From: Candidatus Bathyarchaeota archaeon
GTDB taxonomy: Archaea > Thermoproteota > Bathyarchaeia > 40CM-2-53-6 > DTDX01
Assembly: GCA_018396775.1 (NCBI GenBank)
Contig: JAGTRF010000002.1
Location: 14,069 to 78,068 of the forward strand
Length of the DNA: 64,000 nt
Direction of reading: 5' to 3'
The position numbers were made by a program, and so were the translations under genes. Below the pieces are notes generated by a model. That model saw only the letters and a program-made list of their open reading frames with translations. It was not told the DNA's origin and did no database searches. Of the stretch, positions 59,255-64,000 are shown one piece after another. The stretch's first letter is position 1, and every line of letters starts with the position of its first letter.

Positions 59255-60001
59255 TTACTCAAAAGCAATCTTCATGAAACCCATAAAGCTTACGCCTATC
59301 AAGAAAAGAGTAAAAGATAAAATAGATTTTTTAAATTCAGGCTGTTTATGAAGTTCAGGAATAAGATCTGAAGCTGCTATATAAAGGAATCCTCCAGCTG
59401 TAAAAGGAATTAAATGTGAAGCTATATTCTCCACATATGTAATAAAAAAGTAGCCGAATAAAGCTCCAAAAACAGCTGTTAAAGCTGATATAAAATTCCA
59501 AAATAAAGCTTTAAACTTAGTGAATCCCCCATAAATAAGCACACCAAAATCTCCAAGTTCTTGAGGGATCTCATGAGCTATCACAGCTATTGTTGTGGTT
59601 ATGCCAAGCGGTATACCAACGATAAAACTTGCAGCTATAATTAAACCATCTATAAAATTGTGAATTCCATCTCCAATTAAATTTAAGTAAGTAAACATGT
59701 GAATAGGGCATTTTTCTTCATGGCAATGACGCCAATAAAGAATCTTCTCTAAAAGAAAAAATAATGTAAACCCAAGTATAACATAAAGAAAAATCACTAT
59801 GCTATTGGTTTGGCTTAAAGCTTCTGGAAGAAGATGAATAAAAGCTCCACCAATTAATGCTCCAGCTGAAAAACCAACTAAAGAAAACAATATATTATTT
59901 AAAACTTTCTCTTTAATAATTAATGTGAATAAGCCGATTAAGGATATAAAACTTACCAAAATAACGCTTCCTAAAATCCAAATTAAAACGTTAAAATCCA
60001 A
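59255..60001 (-). CDS. ZIP-family metal transporter
   Basis: HLLPE, HNFIDG, HEIPQELGD. Confidence 0.92.
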   Translation of the reverse strand: MDFNVLIWILGSVILVSFISLIGLFTLIIKEKVLNNILFSLVGFSAGALIGGAFIHLLPEALSQTNSIVIFLYVILGFTLFFLLEKILYWRHCHEEKCPIHMFTYLNLIGDGIHNFIDGLIIAASFIVGIPLGITTTIAVIAHEIPQELGDFGVLIYGGFTKFKALFWNFISALTAVFGALFGYFFITYVENIASHLIPFTAGGFLYIAASDLIPELHKQPEFKKSILSFTLFLIGVSFMGFMKIAFE

Positions 60002-60083
60002 ATTAAAACTCTCCGTTTTATATTATTAAATATCTTAAGTGACTTGAATAAAAAGATTATTTAAAGCTTCTCCATTAACCTTT

Positions 60084-60200
60084 TTACTTTCGAATGGCGA
60101 TAGAAGCTATAAAAACTAATCCAGCAAAAATGGCTTGTGTTAAATTCAATTCTTTTTAGCAAGCAATTATTAAAAAATTAGGCTAAATAATACGCTTTTA
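60084..60200 (-). pseudogene. Possible remnant of a DMT/EamA transporter C-terminus
   Basis: ELNLTQAIFAGLVFIASIAIRK* preceded by a disrupted hydrophobic segment. Confidence 0.25.
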
Positions 60201-60456
60201 TTATAAGCGAAAAACCTTCAAATTTTGAGAGCTGTCGACTCGCTTTATAGTTTTATGAAGACCTTTATAATGAGTTATTGGTTTTAAGGTTAAAGTTAAC
60301 GCTTTTGAATTTTTATTTAAAAATATTTTTCTTTAAAAATTTATTTTTCAAATTTTTTACATTAAAATTTGTTTTTGAATAAATTTTTTGTAAAAATTAC
60401 AAAGTTAATTTGGAAATATTTATTAAAAAGAGAGTTTATTTAAAACAAGAGTTAAA

Positions 60457-61416
60457 TTGAAGAAAGCGTTGCTTAAACAACTAAACAATTTAACTTCATT
60501 ATGCAACTTAGAAAAAAAAGAGAAAAAGGCTATATTTAAAATTGAAACAGGAATCTTAAAGGTTATGGTTGATAAGCTTATTGAAAAAGGCTTCTATTGG
60601 TTTTTACCAGTTATATTAGCTAAATCAACCGATCCATTATGGCCTGATACTCAAGCAAGCATAGAAAAAAGAGTAGAGCTTGAAATTTATAATAAGAAAG
60701 TTAAAACTATGCAAAGCATGATAATTCATAAAAGAATTTTAGTTTCTTCAGGAATAGAAAAAATATTCGTTTTATCTCCCAATATTCGAATAGAGCGAAG
60801 AGAAAGAGCTGAAACTGGAAAACACTTATATGAATTTACTCAATTAGATATTGAAGCTGCTTACTGGAAAATGAAAGATATATTCAAGCTTTTTGAAGAG
60901 CTTATTAAAACATCGATAATTTATGTTAAAGAAAACTTTAATGAAGAGCTTAAAATGCTTAAAAGAGAAATTAAAACACCTGAAACTCCATTTAAAATCT
61001 TCAATAGAATAAAGCTTGAAGAAAAATATGGAGGAAACTGGGAATCCCTTATTTCTAAAACTTTAAAAAATCCAATATGGGTAACAAACATTCCAAGAGA
61101 GTTTTATGATTATGAAGATAAAAAAACTGGAGAATGGCGAAACTTCGATTTAATTTTACCAGAAGGCTATGGCGAAGTCATTTCCGGAGCTGAAAGAGAA
61201 TATGAGTATGAAAAACTCATTAAAAAAATAGATAAAGATGGATTAAATAAAAACGATTATAAAGTTTTATTAAGCTTCGCTAAAGAGGGAAAATTAAAAC
61301 CTTCAACAGGCGCTGGGCTTGGAGTTGAAAGATTCATAAGCTATGTTTGTGGAGTTAAGCATATCGCTGAGGTTCAACCATTTCCAAGAATACCAGGTTT
61401 TGTTTCAGAGTTATAA
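60457..61416 (+). CDS. asnA: Archaeal asparagine synthetase A (AsnRS-like, no anticodon-binding domain)
   Basis: STDPLWPD, SPNIRIE, HLYEFTQLD, GEVISGAERE, GAGLGVER. Confidence 0.88.
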   Translation: MKKALLKQLNNLTSLCNLEKKEKKAIFKIETGILKVMVDKLIEKGFYWFLPVILAKSTDPLWPDTQASIEKRVELEIYNKKVKTMQSMIIHKRILVSSGIEKIFVLSPNIRIERRERAETGKHLYEFTQLDIEAAYWKMKDIFKLFEELIKTSIIYVKENFNEELKMLKREIKTPETPFKIFNRIKLEEKYGGNWESLISKTLKNPIWVTNIPREFYDYEDKKTGEWRNFDLILPEGYGEVISGAEREYEYEKLIKKIDKDGLNKNDYKVLLSFAKEGKLKPSTGAGLGVERFISYVCGVKHIAEVQPFPRIPGFVSEL

Positions 61417-61458
61417 AAATGACTAAAAACTTTTTAAAAAAGAAAAGAATTGAGATGT

Positions 61459-61947
61459 TTAAGGTTTACTCTTCTTCTTAAATATTGTTGTTAAAGCTAA
61501 CAAAACTGTTAAAGAAAGGAAAATAGCGATTACACCATTAAATTCTGAAACCACTATGCATGAAATTTGAGTTGTTGCATCAGAATAACCTTGTTTGCTT
61601 GCAGTTAAATGGATAACATATGTTCCTTCTTCAGCATCTGATGGAACCCTGAATTCATGAGTAAATGTTCCATCTTGATTTGAATAAGCTAACCCTAAAT
61701 GTAAAATTTCTCCAGAAGGCTTATTAACTTGAATAGATATTGAAGCGCTTGAAACAGGATTGTTAAATTCATCTTTAATTATGCCATTTATTCTAACATA
61801 TTCTCCAGCATTATAGGATTCTTCAGATACGTTAGCTGAAATTGAAAGCGCCTCAGCTGAATAGGCTTGATTAATGGTTGATGAAATAGTTAATAAAGCT
61901 AAAGCTAAGAAAATATGCGCTTTAAAAAGTGTTTCTTTGCAAAGCAT
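61459..61947 (-). CDS. Secreted Ig-like surface protein with PEF-CTERM-like anchor
   Basis: Signal peptide; C-terminal VSEF, TM helix and KKKSKP. Confidence 0.7.
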   Translation of the reverse strand: MLCKETLFKAHIFLALALLTISSTINQAYSAEALSISANVSEESYNAGEYVRINGIIKDEFNNPVSSASISIQVNKPSGEILHLGLAYSNQDGTFTHEFRVPSDAEEGTYVIHLTASKQGYSDATTQISCIVVSEFNGVIAIFLSLTVLLALTTIFKKKSKP

Positions 61948-61971
61948 TTAAGCCCGCCTCTTCTTAACCGT

Positions 61972-63168
61972 TTAGTTAACCATAAATATAGCATCTATTG
62001 AAGCTAAAAATTTTCCTCCTTGAGAAATCAACTTATCAGATACAAAAGCTTTAGTTGAATATATACCTTTAACAGCGTTAGCTGGTATTATAAAACTGAA
62101 CCCCTCTGTTATAGTCTTGCCCTGTTCTAAATCTCCAACATGAAAATCGACTTTAATAGGTGTTCCATTTGGGTCATCTATCTCTAACCATACGTAAGCA
62201 TTATTTAAAATTTCTCCAGAATTCTCTACTGTAACCCATATGATTAATGATTCTCCTTGAGTAAATTCTGATTTAATCGCTTCGCCAGTTGAATCGGTTA
62301 TGTTAATGCTTACAAAATTTACACTTGGAAGGTTTGATTCTCCAACAATAAATGTCGCATGCGCATACCCATCTATGTAACCAAATTTACTTGCTGTAAC
62401 AAAAACTGTGTATGTTCCATTTATAAATATTGAGTACCCTAACTCGCCGATAGTAAAGTTGTCGAAGTATATGCCTGAAGAATCTGTTTCAATTAACGCT
62501 GAATGAACAACATTGCCTAATGGATTAACTATTTGAATTGAAACTTCAACTGCTTCTACAGGGTTTTTAAATCGATCTTGAACGCTTCCAGAGATTTTCA
62601 CCACATCATTTTGCGTATAAATCGCTTCATCTGTTTGCACATTTACAAGTAATATGTTTTCTCTAGTTGTTGTTTGAGTTGTTGAAGTTGAGGTTATCGC
62701 AGCTTCTGGAGGATTAATTATTAAGCCTACTTTCGCTTCTTCCTCTTTATCTCCGCTAACAGCTGTTATTGTTATTTCATATGCGCCTTCAGGTGTTTGA
62801 ATGGTTGTAATTATGGTTAGCTTCGAATGAAAGGGTGTTCTTCCTTTTTCAGGCGTAAATATGCCTATCGTATTTTCAGGGAGTCCTTCAACCGTTAATA
62901 TTACTATTCTCCTAAAGCGTGTTAACGATTCAACTTTAATGGAGAAGCTTGCCACTTCACCAGCTTTAATCGATTTATAAGATGGTTCTGCGCGTATAAG
63001 AATGGTAGCTTCATTATTGTTTGCTAATATTGGGGATAGCGTTAAGCTTAATAGAAATAGGCTTAAAAATATTGTTGCAAAAATTTTTTGGTTCAAGAGA
63101 TTTTTCACCTTAACCTTATTTTTTGCGTTTCTTCTATATAAATGTTTCTGTGTAGCACAAATAAACAT
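61972..63168 (-). CDS. Secreted multi-Ig-like-domain surface protein
   Basis: Signal peptide (true start probably the TTG at LNQKIF), Thr-rich linker, domain similar to 61459. Confidence 0.7.
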   Translation of the reverse strand: MFICATQKHLYRRNAKNKVKVKNLLNQKIFATIFLSLFLLSLTLSPILANNNEATILIRAEPSYKSIKAGEVASFSIKVESLTRFRRIVILTVEGLPENTIGIFTPEKGRTPFHSKLTIITTIQTPEGAYEITITAVSGDKEEEAKVGLIINPPEAAITSTSTTQTTTRENILLVNVQTDEAIYTQNDVVKISGSVQDRFKNPVEAVEVSIQIVNPLGNVVHSALIETDSSGIYFDNFTIGELGYSIFINGTYTVFVTASKFGYIDGYAHATFIVGESNLPSVNFVSINITDSTGEAIKSEFTQGESLIIWVTVENSGEILNNAYVWLEIDDPNGTPIKVDFHVGDLEQGKTITEGFSFIIPANAVKGIYSTKAFVSDKLISQGGKFLASIDAIFMVN

Positions 63169-63235
63169 TTATAGAAAAACTATTACGTAACCTCTACAAT
63201 ACATCATAATAAAAAACTTAAGCGAGAAGAAACCC

Positions 63236-63610
63236 TTGAAGGAAGAAGCAGAAACAAACTCTTTAGTTATAGAGCTTTTAAAAAAAATAAGCAAAAGCCT
63301 TGAAGAATTAAATGAAAAAATTGATAAATTAATTGAAAAAACCATGTTAACCGAGGTTAAACCTAAAAAAATCTCTATAGAAAACTTGCCATTAGATGCA
63401 GCAACTCTTCTTTCGCTTCCAGATCACCTTAGAAAAACTGCTATAGCAATATGCAGTTTAGGAGAAGCTACAGCAGAGGATGTAGCTGAAGAAACAAAAA
63501 GAGCTAGAGCTGTTGAAAGCGATTATTTAAATCAATTAGTAGCTTTAGGATATTTAAAGAAAAAAAGAATTGGAAAAAAAGTTTACTTCAGCATTGAGGA
63601 GAAAAAATAA
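63236..63610 (+). CDS. Coiled-coil plus winged-helix (TrmB-like) DNA-binding protein
   Basis: LLSLPDHLRKT...ATAEDVAEETKRARAVESDYLNQL. Confidence 0.75.
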   Translation: MKEEAETNSLVIELLKKISKSLEELNEKIDKLIEKTMLTEVKPKKISIENLPLDAATLLSLPDHLRKTAIAICSLGEATAEDVAEETKRARAVESDYLNQLVALGYLKKKRIGKKVYFSIEEKK

Positions 63611-64000
63611 TGAAAACTATAGCTATTCACTCTTATAAAGGTGGAACTGGAAAAACTTCTATAGCTGTAAATTTAGCAGCTTTATCAGCTATTAAAGGAA
63701 GAAATGTTTGCATATTGGATTATGATTTTAGAGCTCCAAGTCTTCAAGTTGCTTTTAAAGAAAACCCAAGGTTTTGGTTAAACGATTTTCTGGAGGGAAA
63801 CATTAATTTTCAAGATGCGTTAATCGAGTTAACTCGTAAATATGATTTTAAAGGAAGGTTTTTAGTAGGCTTCGCTAATCCAAACTCTCAAGCTTTAAGA
63901 AACATGATGACGAAAGATAGAATATGGGAAATGAGGGCTTTGCATAAAACGCTTTCAGCTAAAAGAAGCTTAAACCAAGAAATGGGCGTCGAGCTTTTGA
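63610..64000 (+). CDS. MinD/ParA-family ATPase (partial, runs off the window)
   Basis: MKTIAIHSYKGGTGKT...ILDYDFRAPSL; ATG overlaps the upstream TAA. Confidence 0.88.
   Translation, partial: MKTIAIHSYKGGTGKTSIAVNLAALSAIKGRNVCILDYDFRAPSLQVAFKENPRFWLNDFLEGNINFQDALIELTRKYDFKGRFLVGFANPNSQALRNMMTKDRIWEMRALHKTLSAKRSLNQEMGVELL

Noticed and set aside
2787-63190. Many short antisense or overlapping ORFs (e.g. 2787, 3057, 3430, 8568, 9746, 15041, 18462, 19479, 21379, 36206, 43767, 52290, 54692, 56424, 63002)
   Set aside because: They overlap well-supported genes and have no motifs or RBS, as expected for shadow ORFs.
1-64000. CRISPR arrays, rRNA genes, IS elements
   Set aside because: No regularly spaced repeats, GC-rich rRNA-like tracts or transposase ORFs were seen.

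Overview
This is a low-GC archaeal chromosomal segment. Thermosome, Rpo6, Alba, GatDE, Elp3, an ATP-dependent DNA ligase, a BHB-intron tRNA, Fae-Hps and pyrrolysine-free MtmB/MttB methyltransferases suggest a TACK archaeon, most plausibly Bathyarchaeia (inference). Housekeeping content includes a LipS1/LipS2 lipoate cluster, a his operon without hisD that is interrupted by an MNT-HEPN pair, gatDE and apgM. Five things stand out. (1) A tRNA-Gln(CUG) gene is split by three BHB introns (29/30, 37/38, 53/54). (2) A 917-aa protein fuses two CDC48/PAN-type AAA modules to a Lon (S16) protease domain and is coupled to a small membrane protein. (3) Two paralogous modules each combine an APC permease, an Icc-type phosphoesterase, a choline/APH-type kinase and a Pyl-free methylamine methyltransferase, suggesting a pathway for uptake and demethylation of phosphorylated N-methyl compounds. 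(4) A Grs-like B12 radical SAM gene and a SPASM radical SAM gene resemble tetraether-lipid (GMGT) modification genes. (5) The conserved N-termini of hisA and hisZ lack canonical in-frame start codons. Several small genes missed by the ORF track were added. All family calls come from recalled motifs; no searches were run.
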